This document shows positions 41,636 through 51,736 of a stretch of 64,000 nt of DNA, in pieces; the first letter of the stretch is position 1; every line of letters starts with the position of its first letter. The translations under genes and the position numbers were made by a program. The notes below the pieces were generated by a model. The model ran no database searches. It was given only the letters and a program-made list of their open reading frames with translations, and was not told the origin of the DNA. The DNA is from an uncultured Poribacteria bacterium (GTDB lineage Bacteria > Poribacteria > WGA-4E > WGA-3G): positions 384,001 to 448,000 of the forward strand of contig CATQHZ020000001.1 of the NCBI GenBank assembly GCA_958296135.2. The letters run 5' to 3'.

Positions 41636-42067
41636 TTATCCATCCGTGCTGCCGAACCCGCCCCGAGAGAGTGCCGACATTTGCTCAACTTCGTTCCACT
41701 GCGCTATGTCCACCCGGACGAAGACGGCTTGCGCGATGCGACTGCCTCTCTCAATCGTGACCGGCTTATCGGTAAAATTGTAAACCTGAATTTTCAGTTC
41801 GTCGTTTTCGCCGCAGTAATCGTTGTCAACAACGCCGAGGCCTTGCGGCATCAGCAATCCGTGCTTTCGCGGGGTGCTACTTCGGAGGCACACCATCAGC
41901 ATATAGCCGGGCGGCGTCTTGACGATGACGTTCGCCGGGATGAGGACGATGCTTTGGGGTGCGATTTCGGCGGCTTCGCGGCAAAGCAGATCGAAGCCGA
42001 CAGAGCCCTCGGTTTCATATTTCGGCAACGGAAGCGTTTTATCGACGCGTTTGATATTAACGTTCAT
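41636..42067 (-). CDS. dut: dUTP diphosphatase
   Basis: GFDL, RSS, GVVDNDY, RIAQ and RGGFGST motifs. Confidence 0.95.
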   Translation of the reverse strand: MNVNIKRVDKTLPLPKYETEGSVGFDLLCREAAEIAPQSIVLIPANVIVKTPPGYMLMVCLRSSTPRKHGLLMPQGLGVVDNDYCGENDELKIQVYNFTDKPVTIERGSRIAQAVFVRVDIAQWNEVEQMSALSRGGFGSTDG

Positions 42068-42100
42068 GTGCGGCGTGTTAACGAGCGGTTACTTCGGAAC

Positions 42101-42179
42101 ATGTTGAGGGACAGGCCCTCAACCTACGGGACGGTTAGTGATGTCACAGCATGTTGAGGGACAGGCCCTCAACCTACGG
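42101..42179 (-). repeat. Two REP units of the same subtype as the 39 bp array
   Basis: TGTTGAGGGACAGGCCCTCAACCTACGG occurs twice. Confidence 0.85.
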
Positions 42180-42194
42180 TGAGTTCAGATACGA

Positions 42195-43112
42195 TTATGG
42201 CACGACTACCCCGGCGACTTTGCATTGGACGCGATAAAGCGAGGTGCTCGCCGTGATAAACAGGCTTGTCCAATCATCGCCGCCCCAAGCGAGGTTCGCG
42301 GCGCGCTCCGGCACGTGAATCACGCCAAGGTGTGTGCCATCTGGGGCGAAGACCCAGATTCCACCCGGTCCGGTTAAATAGACATTTCCGTGCACATCTA
42401 CCTTCATGCCATCAGGTTTCCCGTTCTCACCTTCTTCCACACCGAAGAGGCGGCCGTTAGCAATCGTGCCATCCGCTTGGACATCAAACGCGCGGATGTG
42501 CATGCGCTCGGTGTCGTCAATGTAGAGAATAGCCTCGTTTGGCGAAAAGCAGAGCCCGTTCGGCCGGTAGAAATCGTCAACGAGGAGCGTCAACGTGCCG
42601 CCATCAGGCGACAGGCGATATACGCCTTGAAAATCGAGTTCCTTCGCCGCTTCAACGCCATACGTCGAGGTTAAGCCGTAAGGCGGATCGGTGAAATAGA
42701 TGCTCCCATCCGATTTGACGACAACATCGTTCGGGCTGTTCAAGCGTTTGCCTTCGTAGTGCGATGCGATGGTGACAACCTCGCCATCGGCAGTCGTCCG
42801 GGACACGCGGCGGTTGGTATGTTCACAAGCGATGAGACACCCCTGTTTATCGTAAGTCAATCCGTTCGAGTTCCCCGAAGGTTGCCGGAAGACGCTCATC
42901 TCTCCTGTGGCTGCGTCCCACTGCTGTATCGTGTTGGCGGGGATATCACTAAACAGCAGAAACTTCTCGTCGGCGTTCCAGAGCGGTCCCTCGGTAAACT
43001 CGCATCCGGTCGCGAGTTGCTCAATGCCTGCGTCCGCGTCAACTACATCCCATAACCGTGAGTCGCACGCGCGAGCATTCATGTGCACTAAACCTATCTC
43101 AACATTCTTCAT
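42195..43112 (-). CDS. SMP-30/gluconolactonase family protein
   Basis: FTEGP, SNG, LNSPND, FTDPPYG, PNG and PDG motifs. Confidence 0.93.
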   Translation of the reverse strand: MKNVEIGLVHMNARACDSRLWDVVDADAGIEQLATGCEFTEGPLWNADEKFLLFSDIPANTIQQWDAATGEMSVFRQPSGNSNGLTYDKQGCLIACEHTNRRVSRTTADGEVVTIASHYEGKRLNSPNDVVVKSDGSIYFTDPPYGLTSTYGVEAAKELDFQGVYRLSPDGGTLTLLVDDFYRPNGLCFSPNEAILYIDDTERMHIRAFDVQADGTIANGRLFGVEEGENGKPDGMKVDVHGNVYLTGPGGIWVFAPDGTHLGVIHVPERAANLAWGGDDWTSLFITASTSLYRVQCKVAGVVVP

Positions 43113-43301
43113 ATCGTGTCAACCTCGGTGAAAAAAGCGAGGTAACCCCGCGTTGCTCCTAATATATTTTTATGGCGTTAAATTTTCCTTGACATCTTCT
43201 CCGATTTACGTTATCATAAATAGAGATGCCGCGGTATCGTCAGATTTCGCGAGGTGGTAGCGCGCCACTCACGACGCGCGCTCGGTAATCGGAGAAATTC
43301 A

Positions 43302-43375
<74 letters not shown>

Positions 43376-43395
43376 ACATTTTCAAATACGTATAT

Positions 43396-43424
43396 AGTAT
43401 ACCACATTAGACGCAATTTGTCAA
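43396..43424 (-). promoter_or_regulatory. Sigma70 promoter of tRNA-Arg
   Basis: TTGACA-17 bp-TATACT with TG extension. Confidence 0.75.
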
Positions 43425-43589
43425 ATTTTTTTGTGTTTTTTATTTTTCGACTCTCATCCCTGTCCGGTCAGAGGCGTTTAGTTGTTCCGTTTCGGATTTT
43501 CTGGGATAACATCAAAAACCGAAACCTAAATCCCTCTGCTGTCGGGGTTTGTTCTGCGTCAGTCCAATTTAAAAGGGAGGAATAAACAA

Positions 43590-44690
43590 ATGAAACGCAG
43601 ATTTCAACAACTTTCGATTCTTGGGGCAATAGTGCTTTTTTTGTTCAGCCTTGCCCCGGAAGAGGTGGAGAGCCGGCGCGGTGGCGGCCGGAGTTTCAGC
43701 CGGAGCCGCAGTTCTAGCCGCAGTTCTAGTCGGCGGAGTTACACGCCGAGGCGTTCCACTAGTAGTACCCGAAGTAGCAGCTCTTCCCGGAGCACGTACA
43801 CACGTCCGCGGAGTTCAACTTCCAGCGGTACGCGCACCACACGGAGTGCTGGCACGCGCGCAAGTACGACTGCCCGTCAGAGACAAACTGCGACGAATCG
43901 CGCGAAGACGACAACCGCCACGTCATCGCGGAAGGCGACTTCAACGCGAAACGCAGCTAAAACGCGAAGTCAACAGCAGCAGGCAAAGTCGCAAAACCGC
44001 AAACAGGTGCGGCAGCTCAAAGCGGAGAACCGCCAATTGAAGCGCGACAACAGACGCGCAAATCGGGAAACTGCCCGCGCTCGCCGTGATGCACGCTCAT
44101 CGATTAATATCAACAACTTCGGTGGGTATTATCCCATGGCCGGCTACTCAATGTATGGACTAGGTGCCTCCATGGCGTTTAACAACCTCATGTTCGGCAT
44201 CTACTTCCACGACTATTACAACCACGCGATCCGCCATAGTTATATGTGGCACTATCACCACCGAGACTACGACCGGTCGCACTGGGATGCCAAGAAGCAG
44301 GCGGAGTATGAACACTATAAGGAATACTACGAAAGCCAAGGCATCGAGCCCAACCCGAATTACGTTGACCCGGGCACTAATCGTGACGAGGACTACGCTG
44401 CAAGCTACGTCCAAGAGAATCCCGATGAGTTTTACGGTGAGAACGCCGAGGTTTTCACCGTTGATGAACTTCCCGATGAAGAGGCACTGAAGGCAGAGCT
44501 CCTCGCGGCTGCTGAGACACCGACAGCGACTACCGCCGTGGCGGCGCGCGCACCGCCTGCGCCAGCCGCGCCGCAAAAAGTGGTAATTGAAAAGAAGACT
44601 TCGGGTGGAACGTGGTTCGTCCTGATCTTCGGCGGGCTTCTCATCGTCGGCGTAATCGTCATGGTGATGTATAATAAGGGTTACTTCTAG
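43590..44690 (+). CDS. Exported, C-terminally anchored protein with an Arg/Ser/Thr-rich low-complexity N-terminus
   Basis: Signal peptide, RRGGGRSFSRSRSSS tract, Tyr/His-rich middle, C-terminal TM; GGAGG RBS. Confidence 0.8.
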   Translation: MKRRFQQLSILGAIVLFLFSLAPEEVESRRGGGRSFSRSRSSSRSSSRRSYTPRRSTSSTRSSSSSRSTYTRPRSSTSSGTRTTRSAGTRASTTARQRQTATNRAKTTTATSSRKATSTRNAAKTRSQQQQAKSQNRKQVRQLKAENRQLKRDNRRANRETARARRDARSSININNFGGYYPMAGYSMYGLGASMAFNNLMFGIYFHDYYNHAIRHSYMWHYHHRDYDRSHWDAKKQAEYEHYKEYYESQGIEPNPNYVDPGTNRDEDYAASYVQENPDEFYGENAEVFTVDELPDEEALKAELLAAAETPTATTAVAARAPPAPAAPQKVVIEKKTSGGTWFVLIFGGLLIVGVIVMVMYNKGYF

Positions 44691-44779
44691 AACGGGCACC
44701 GCTCAAGCAACGTAGGCGGGGGCCTGTCCCCCGCCCTACGTCACAACGGGACGGTTCTGATACTTTTGGATATAAAAAC

Positions 44780-45409
44780 ATGGCACTTTTTGGGAGAAAA
44801 AACGGCAAATCTCTATTTGGCAAACGGAAAACCGACAAGCCGAAAAAACCGCAGCGGCACGAGCTCGTCGATATTCCTGTTGACAGTATGATAGAGCTCT
44901 CCGACATCACAACTTACGAGGAGACCGGCGATACCTCGCACGCCTATAAACTCGTCACGCGGAAGAAGTATGTCGGCGAAGGACTCCTCCGCTATATGTA
45001 TCACATCCAAGATACGGAAACGGAGGTTGTGCTCGGGGTCGATCGGATTGCGGGGACGAAGGACGAGTATGAAATCTCGCGATGGATTGTCGATGGCGAA
45101 GAGGAGTTGGGCGATCCGCTGCCCGATGAGATAACGCTCCACTACCCACATCCCGATAATGAAAACGAGGAGATTGAGGTGGTATACGGTAGACAGGATG
45201 TTGTCCCGGCAACGCTCACCGTTACCACTGCGCAGGGACAAGAGGAATTCTCGGCGGAACTCCACGAATACGCTACCGATGGGGATGAGTTTATGTCGGT
45301 GGAACTTTGCGGGGATTGGTTAACGTTCTACGTCGGCGCGCTCATCGCGCGTTCCGATATTGAGATTTACCCGGCGATAGAGACTGAGGCACCAACGGGT
45401 GGCCGGTAG
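44780..45409 (+). CDS. Hypothetical protein, DUF4178-like
   Basis: Acidic beta-rich ORF ending EFMSVELCGDWLTFYVG...DIEI, resembling DUF4178. Confidence 0.55.
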   Translation: MALFGRKNGKSLFGKRKTDKPKKPQRHELVDIPVDSMIELSDITTYEETGDTSHAYKLVTRKKYVGEGLLRYMYHIQDTETEVVLGVDRIAGTKDEYEISRWIVDGEEELGDPLPDEITLHYPHPDNENEEIEVVYGRQDVVPATLTVTTAQGQEEFSAELHEYATDGDEFMSVELCGDWLTFYVGALIARSDIEIYPAIETEAPTGGR

Positions 45410-45546
45410 GCGCGCGGTGGAAGCGCGCCTACGGGGTTTGTCCTGCCGCTTGTCTCCGCTTGTCACCGTAGGACGAGGGCCTGTCCCTCGTCATCTCCCG
45501 ATGTCTGACTCGCGAAGGAAAAATAGAGGATAGGAGGTAACTGAAA

Positions 45547-46077
45547 ATGAGCAGCCTCAAACTGACAGATGCCGAGGTCTATCAACAGTTGCTAGATGAC
45601 TTGCTGGAGAACCTCGGTCCCCATGGACTCAAGCGGTTTCTCATCTATGCCAAAGCCGCTCGCGGCGAACTAGCCGCCGCATGCCAGCCTTGGGTAACCT
45701 ATATGGAGGAGGAAACGATCCAGCGGGGAATGCAGGCGATGCCTCCAGTGCAAGGCGGCTCTCCGCAAGATAAGGCGAAAGTTGTCTATGCACGCGGCAA
45801 AAAGACAGCAGCGGTGACTTCTCTGGCGGAAGTACCAAGCGAGCCGCCGAAAAACCTCAGCGCGATGACAGATGATGAACTGCATCGGTTTGGGCTTGAA
45901 CTGATGGGCAAGAATCTGGGACTCTTCGGGATGATGGTGTTTAGTCGATTGTGCACGCCGGGCACAGGCGACTACACCCGCGACCGGCATAAATGGCTGA
46001 GCAAACTGGACCGGGAAACAGTGCTTGCGCAAATTCGGCAGCTCCAAGAAGCATCCTTAGACAGCAGAAAGGCATAG
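45547..46077 (+). CDS. Hypothetical protein with two copies of a small antitoxin-like helical module
   Basis: LTDAEVYQ..LLENLGPHGLKRF and MTDDELHRFGLELMGKNLGLFGMMVF...GTGDYTRDRHKWL. Confidence 0.65.
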   Translation: MSSLKLTDAEVYQQLLDDLLENLGPHGLKRFLIYAKAARGELAAACQPWVTYMEEETIQRGMQAMPPVQGGSPQDKAKVVYARGKKTAAVTSLAEVPSEPPKNLSAMTDDELHRFGLELMGKNLGLFGMMVFSRLCTPGTGDYTRDRHKWLSKLDRETVLAQIRQLQEASLDSRKA

Positions 46078-46175
46078 GCGAACTCGTGTTCGGCACATCA
46101 GACGGTTCATATCTGACAGACCCGAGAAAAACCAACTTCATTTGATATTATTTCCCAAAAAAAGGAGGATTACCC

Positions 46176-49034
46176 ATGGCGCGGAAAAAACGAACCGCCA
46201 AACCACAGGATACCGACATCCAAGACTACCGGCACGATACTGCCACCCGAAAGAATAACCCTCCCGCAGGCATCGCCGCACGCGGGAAACTTCGCGAACC
46301 GCCGAAGGTGGCATACGCCTATAACCCACACCTGCCACCAACACTCCGCTTTGACGAAAACGGCACCGCAGACCGGCTCCCCGAACTGCTCCAAAAAGCG
46401 CAACAGGGAGCACTCTCCACAGAGGAAGTCAACGTCATCGTTGAAGCACTCCGGCACTACGATGCACCGTGGCTGGAATGGAGCGGCAAACAGGAAGCAA
46501 CCGCGTTTACCGTAGACCCGGTCGCGTTGCATATCCACGAACGCGTCAGCGCGAAGGCCATTATGAAAATCGCGGCGCGCGAAAACGTCCAACGCAACCT
46601 CTTCGCCGACCCGCAGCTGGAATACAACGAAGCGGTAAAGTTTTATCAGCACGATGTGGCATGGGCGAACCGCCTCATCCTCGGCGATAGCCTCACTGTC
46701 ATGAGCTCCCTCGCGCGACGCGAAGACCTCGGGGGAAAGGTGCAGACGATTTACTTCGATCCGCCCTACGGCATCAAATACGCCTCCAACTTCCAACCCA
46801 CCGTCTTTCAGCGGAACGTCACCGACAGGCAAGCAGACTTGACTCGCGAACCAGAACAGATTCAGGCCTACCGCGATACATGGCACCTCGGCGTGCATTC
46901 TTACCTCGCTTACCTGCGGGACCGGCTGATGGTTGCCAGAGAATTACTCACCGATAGCGGCAGCATCTTTGTCCAGATCGGCGATGAGAATGTGCATCGG
47001 GTGCGGTGCCTGATAGACGAGGTATTCAGAAGCGAGAATTTTGTCAGTTCTGTCACCGTTAAAAAGTCTGGTTCAACGCCTTCCAGACAAATTGCAAACG
47101 TCACGGATCACCTGCTCTGGTATGCGAAATCCAAAGAGAAGGTGAAATTTAATCGGCTATTTCAGGGAAAAAATCTCAACGTTTACAATAGAGAAGATGA
47201 AAACGGCGATGCTTTTTCTTATGGCGATTTGCAGTCTGCCGGTGAAGTTAAAACCGATCAGCGGTTCTTGTTCCGAGGAAAAGTGTGGCTTCCAAGGCGA
47301 GGCTACCACTGGTCGACAAACGTGCAAGGACTACAGAACCTTGCAAAAGCCGACCGGATTGAAGTCGTGGGAAAAAACCTGAGATATAAACGGTATGCAA
47401 AGGACTTCCCAGTTACAGAATTAACGAATATCTGGGGAGATATATCAGGAGCTGCTGGAAATATCTACGCTGTCCAGACTTCCGCAAGAATTGTTGAACG
47501 CTGTATCCTCATGACAACCGACCCCGGTGACCTTGTTCTCGATCCGACGTGCGGCAGCGGCACCACGGCCTATGTCGCCGAGCAGTGGGGCAGACGCTGG
47601 ATAACCATTGATACCAGCCGCGTCGCCATTGCTCTCGCGCGCCAACGCCTCCTCACCAGCAGCTTTGACTATTACCAACTCAAAGAACCGTCAGCGGGCA
47701 TCGCGAGCGGATTCGTCAACAAAGTTGTGCCGCACATTACGCTCAAAAGCATTGCGCAAAATGATGCACTCGATCCGATTTTCGCCAAGCATGAGCCGAT
47801 TCTGACGGCGAAATTGGAGGAACTCAATCGGAGCCTTGCAGCAGTAGGGGGTAAGCTTCGTGCCGAACTGCTTGCCAAATTAGCGGCGAAGCAGAAGCGC
47901 GAGGGCAAAAGAGCCATCACCGAAGCAGACCGGCGGCGATGGATGCTTCCCGAAACTGCATGGCAGGAATGGGAGGTGCCTTTTGACACCGATTCGGAGT
48001 GGCCAGACGCATTGCGAACCGCGTTGACTGAGTATCGCGAAGCATTTCAGGCGAAGATGGCGGCAGTGAACGCGTGCATTGAATCTTCCTCTGAAGGCGA
48101 GGAGCTGGTCGATCAGCCGCAAGTCGAGCGCGGGAAGTTGCGCGTCAGCGGTCCCTTCACGGTAGAAGCGGTGCAACCCGCTGAGGAGTCATTGGATATC
48201 AAGGACGAACCGGAAGAGGTATTGGAGACGTTTGACGCGGAGACGACGAATGCGGAGGCGTATCTAAATAAGATGATTCGGTTGCTGCGCCAAGATGGGG
48301 TGCGGTTTCCGAACAATCAGACGATGCAATTCGCCACGTTGGAGCAGCGCGAAGGGGATGTTCTCCATGCCGAAGGGAGTTGGGAGAATGCCGAGGCAGA
48401 CCGGCACGTTGCTGTCGTCTTTGGGCCGCAGCACGGGCCTGTCACCTCGATGCAGGTGGAGCAGTGTGTGCGTGCTGCGTATCGGCGCGGCTATGATGAG
48501 CTAGTCTTCGCCGGTTTCAGTTTTGATGGTGCGGCGCAAGCCGCCATCCAAGACGATGCAGACCCGGAGCTCCGCATCCACCTCGCGTATATCACTCCTG
48601 ATGTAGCGATGGGCGATTTGCTCAAGGAGACCTCTTCCACGCAGTTGTTCACGGTGTTCGGGCTTCCGCGGACGAGGCTTGAGGAGACGAACGATGATAG
48701 GCATATCGTTACGATGGAGGGTGTGGACATCTACGATCCGGTGAAAAACCAGGTCATTTCCGCGAATGCAGACAAAGTGGCGGCGTGGTTCGTGGATACG
48801 GATTACGATGGGCGGACGTTCTGCATTTCGCAGGCATTTTTCCCGGATAAGAAAGCGTGGGCGAAGATTGCGCGTGCGCTGAAAGGTGTCGTTGATGCGG
48901 GACGTTTTGAGCAGTTTAGTGGGACGGTATCGTTGCCGTTTTCGGTAGGGAAGCATGGGCAGGTTGCGGTGAAGGTTATTGATGCGCGTGGGAATGAGGT
49001 GATGCGTGTGCATGAAACGCCCCGAGCACCGTAG
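46176..49034 (+). CDS. Site-specific adenine DNA methyltransferase (type III Mod-like, beta class)
   Basis: NRLILGDSL, IYFDPPY, GSIFVQI, VLDPTCGSGTT motifs and C-terminal AVKVIDARGNE. Confidence 0.92.
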   Translation: MARKKRTAKPQDTDIQDYRHDTATRKNNPPAGIAARGKLREPPKVAYAYNPHLPPTLRFDENGTADRLPELLQKAQQGALSTEEVNVIVEALRHYDAPWLEWSGKQEATAFTVDPVALHIHERVSAKAIMKIAARENVQRNLFADPQLEYNEAVKFYQHDVAWANRLILGDSLTVMSSLARREDLGGKVQTIYFDPPYGIKYASNFQPTVFQRNVTDRQADLTREPEQIQAYRDTWHLGVHSYLAYLRDRLMVARELLTDSGSIFVQIGDENVHRVRCLIDEVFRSENFVSSVTVKKSGSTPSRQIANVTDHLLWYAKSKEKVKFNRLFQGKNLNVYNREDENGDAFSYGDLQSAGEVKTDQRFLFRGKVWLPRRGYHWSTNVQGLQNLAKADRIEVVGKNLRYKRYAKDFPVTELTNIWGDISGAAGNIYAVQTSARIVERCILMTTDPGDLVLDPTCGSGTTAYVAEQWGRRWITIDTSRVAIALARQRLLTSSFDYYQLKEPSAGIASGFVNKVVPHITLKSIAQNDALDPIFAKHEPILTAKLEELNRSLAAVGGKLRAELLAKLAAKQKREGKRAITEADRRRWMLPETAWQEWEVPFDTDSEWPDALRTALTEYREAFQAKMAAVNACIESSSEGEELVDQPQVERGKLRVSGPFTVEAVQPAEESLDIKDEPEEVLETFDAETTNAEAYLNKMIRLLRQDGVRFPNNQTMQFATLEQREGDVLHAEGSWENAEADRHVAVVFGPQHGPVTSMQVEQCVRAAYRRGYDELVFAGFSFDGAAQAAIQDDADPELRIHLAYITPDVAMGDLLKETSSTQLFTVFGLPRTRLEETNDDRHIVTMEGVDIYDPVKNQVISANADKVAAWFVDTDYDGRTFCISQAFFPDKKAWAKIARALKGVVDAGRFEQFSGTVSLPFSVGKHGQVAVKVIDARGNEVMRVHETPRAP

Positions 49035-49120
49035 CGCGGGGGCTTGTTCCCTGCGAACGTCTGTTGAGCAAACCGAGGCATGGCGAGGGACGAGCCCTCG
49101 CCCTACGGGATACAGACTTC

Positions 49121-49858
49121 CTACGAAAGCCCTTCCCAATACTTCCACATATCGTCCGGGGTCTCAAACTTAATCTCATCCAAGTCTTTCCGGCGGTACC
49201 GTCCGATGAGCGCGATGCGAACCCTGCGTCCACAGTTCGGTCCGGCGGTGTGACTCATCTGGTGATGCCAGAAACAGACATCCCCGGCCTCACCCGTAAA
49301 CTCATAACTCGGCCCTAAGTCAAACGGCGCAACGCCGCCGGGGAGACTGTCCAGATCGTGGTAGCGGAAATACTCCGCCCAGATGCGATGGCTGTCTGGC
49401 CAGACAGTGAAGCCACCGCCTTGCTTCTCAACGGTTTCAAGATAGACAGTAGCACCGAGCGTGAAAGAACCGACGACACCTTTCGGAACCCCGTTCGTCG
49501 GTGTGTGGTAACCGTCGAGGTGTCCCATCGGTTCGCGCCATTCTCTGTCCGGATCGGGAAAATTGATATGCGGTCCCGCGCCGCCGCCCGTATTCAATTT
49601 GCCCTCACCGACGAGCTCCTCCGCCATCTCGAAGACGTTGTTGCCGTAGATGGTGCCACGGATGACATCCTCGCCGCCGATCGGCGCTGTGCGGTAACCC
49701 TTGCGAATCCAGGATGCCGGATCGTTTCTGTCTTCTTCCAACGACTCCCAGACTCTGTCAAGTGCTGCATCAATTGCTTCCTGCATGAGCGCGCCGCGAA
49801 CGACGAGATAGCCGTTCTCTTTGAAAAATGCTTTGTCGTGCGCTGTTAAATATGCCAT
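49121..49858 (-). CDS. Phytanoyl-CoA dioxygenase family protein
   Basis: FFKENGYL, HLDG, GGFTVWPDSH and GDVCFWHHQMSH motifs. Confidence 0.88.
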   Translation of the reverse strand: MAYLTAHDKAFFKENGYLVVRGALMQEAIDAALDRVWESLEEDRNDPASWIRKGYRTAPIGGEDVIRGTIYGNNVFEMAEELVGEGKLNTGGGAGPHINFPDPDREWREPMGHLDGYHTPTNGVPKGVVGSFTLGATVYLETVEKQGGGFTVWPDSHRIWAEYFRYHDLDSLPGGVAPFDLGPSYEFTGEAGDVCFWHHQMSHTAGPNCGRRVRIALIGRYRRKDLDEIKFETPDDMWKYWEGLS

Positions 49859-49928
49859 GGTTTTGGTTCTCCTTATAGCACGAAAATCCAATAGGAGGGA
49901 CATCCCTGTCCCGATATATTGACGTGTC

Positions 49929-49985
49929 GAGACCGGGAGGACCCGCCTACCGGAAGACATTGAGACCGGGAGGACTCGCCTACGG
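49929..49985 (-). repeat. 33 bp-period REP doublet, near-identical to the insert in rsgA
   Basis: GAGACCGGGAGGACCCGCCTACCGGAAGACATTGAGACCGGGAGGACTCGCCTACGG. Confidence 0.85.
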
Positions 49986-49995
49986 CACGCCGCGA

Positions 49996-51180
49996 TTATT
50001 TCGGCGCGCAGACCGTAAACCCGCTCTCTTCAACTGCCCGCTGATACGGCGTTTCGTCAAGCGATAAACCGAAGCCGGGAAGTTCCGGTATATGTATGTA
50101 GCCATCCACTATCTCGTAAACTGAGTCGTCTATTCCAGGAACAGTGGCGTGATCCCACTCCACAAACTGGAACAGATCGATTTTGGACGCGAGGTGCCCC
50201 GTGGCAAAGTTCCCGTAATACCCACCGTAATGATGCGGCGCAGTGCCAACGTTCCAGTCATCAAGCTGCGGGCCCAATTCCAGCCACCGTGTGAAGCCGG
50301 GACTGAAAATGTCATACTGCACGACATCAACGAGCCCCTCTTCTGCCCACTGCAATAAGTGTGGAGAGGCACCGCCTTCACCATCAGCAATCTTCGTCAT
50401 CAAGCCTTCCGCATTCAACCACTCTTTCAGGTTGCTATACAAGCGTGCGTCTTCGTGGAACGCCTCCTCCATCCAGTAGACCTCGGCATCGGCAGTTTCG
50501 CTCAACACCCGCTTGGTGAGATTGAGGTTATAGCCGTTGTTGGCATCCAGCAGAATCGTCGCTTTCCGCCCCACTGCTTCTCGCGCTGCCTTGATGACGC
50601 GGATGTCGCGTTGCGTGCCTTTTTCGAGCGGCATGTGCATCGCGCCGCGTCCCACCTTAATTTTGAAGGCGGTATGCCCGCGCGCCGCGCCTTCTAACGC
50701 CTCGGAAGCGATGAGGGCTGCGGCTTCATCATTGTCTTCCAGATGAAGATCATCGATGTATAGCGACGTGTCGTAGCACGGAACGCGGAATGAACCGTGT
50801 TTTCCAAGGGGTTCCTTGAGGTTCAGCAACACGGCGTAGACCGGCTTCTGCTCTAGTTGTCCAAGCAAATCCCAGAGCGGATATTCCAGCATCCGAAATG
50901 CCTCTTTCACTTGGGGCACCTTCCCTCTCGCCCCCTCCTGTTCCCAATTTTCAGGAAACTCAAACGCGTCGTTTAGGTGAAACCCGACGATGGATTCCGC
51001 AACTTCCTTTGAGAGGTGCGCGCGGCCGAAACCGCTGACTCCGTCAAACGTCGTTATCCGCGCGATGGAGGGACTGACATGGAGTCCGTGTTCGCCGAGT
51101 CGGGAATTGCATCCGGCTTTCCGGGGGCGTTCCCCGGTTAAGCGGCCCCACTCAATTCGTTCAATTCTGACGTTATGCAT
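49996..51180 (-). CDS. Mandelate racemase / muconate lactonizing enzyme family protein
   Basis: FKIKVG, LDANNG, WMEE, ADGE and PGFG motifs. Confidence 0.88.
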   Translation of the reverse strand: MHNVRIERIEWGRLTGERPRKAGCNSRLGEHGLHVSPSIARITTFDGVSGFGRAHLSKEVAESIVGFHLNDAFEFPENWEQEGARGKVPQVKEAFRMLEYPLWDLLGQLEQKPVYAVLLNLKEPLGKHGSFRVPCYDTSLYIDDLHLEDNDEAAALIASEALEGAARGHTAFKIKVGRGAMHMPLEKGTQRDIRVIKAAREAVGRKATILLDANNGYNLNLTKRVLSETADAEVYWMEEAFHEDARLYSNLKEWLNAEGLMTKIADGEGGASPHLLQWAEEGLVDVVQYDIFSPGFTRWLELGPQLDDWNVGTAPHHYGGYYGNFATGHLASKIDLFQFVEWDHATVPGIDDSVYEIVDGYIHIPELPGFGLSLDETPYQRAVEESGFTVCAPK

Positions 51181-51189
51181 GCCTTCTCC

Positions 51190-51699
51190 CTATATCTGCG
51201 TTTCAAGCAGCGCGAGGCTCTTCGGGTCCAACCGATGGTAGTTCTCTATTTCGTAGCGATTGCCGTCAGCATCCTTGATCAGCACCTTCCCGCTATCAAG
51301 GGTGACGACATCGTATCGCGTCTTCAATCCGAATTCCACCATGCCGCGGTTGGTTTCAACAACCCATCTCGTCACGCCGAATTCTCCTGCCAAGGAGTAG
51401 ATTTTGGTAATCTTCGGCATGAAATACCGCCGTTGCAGCTCCGTAGTTAAGATTTTCTGCGAATCTTTGGGGAGATGCTTGAGGTCCTGAATCACCCCGA
51501 TTTCGTTCTCTTCGCTATCCAACAAGGAGATGTATCTGCTGGATTCGCTGAGCGGGAATGCGAGCACCGGTTGAATGTTCGTGTGGCTGGTGCGATCTGG
51601 GAGTGTGACGATCAATTCTTCAAACGCGTTCCGCTTGATGTGAATCTGGTTTGCGTCTAGGAATTGCAATTCCTCGGTAATGTGAATAGGTTCTTGCAT
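51190..51699 (-). CDS. DUF1854 domain protein
   Basis: AFPLS...EIGVI...ELQRRYFMPKI...WVVETNRG...DADGNRY; lies downstream of its usual ABC partner. Confidence 0.85.
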   Translation of the reverse strand: MQEPIHITEELQFLDANQIHIKRNAFEELIVTLPDRTSHTNIQPVLAFPLSESSRYISLLDSEENEIGVIQDLKHLPKDSQKILTTELQRRYFMPKITKIYSLAGEFGVTRWVVETNRGMVEFGLKTRYDVVTLDSGKVLIKDADGNRYEIENYHRLDPKSLALLETQI

Positions 51700-51736
51700 T
51701 GTATGCTCCTATGAAAATTACCCAATAAATCGGACC

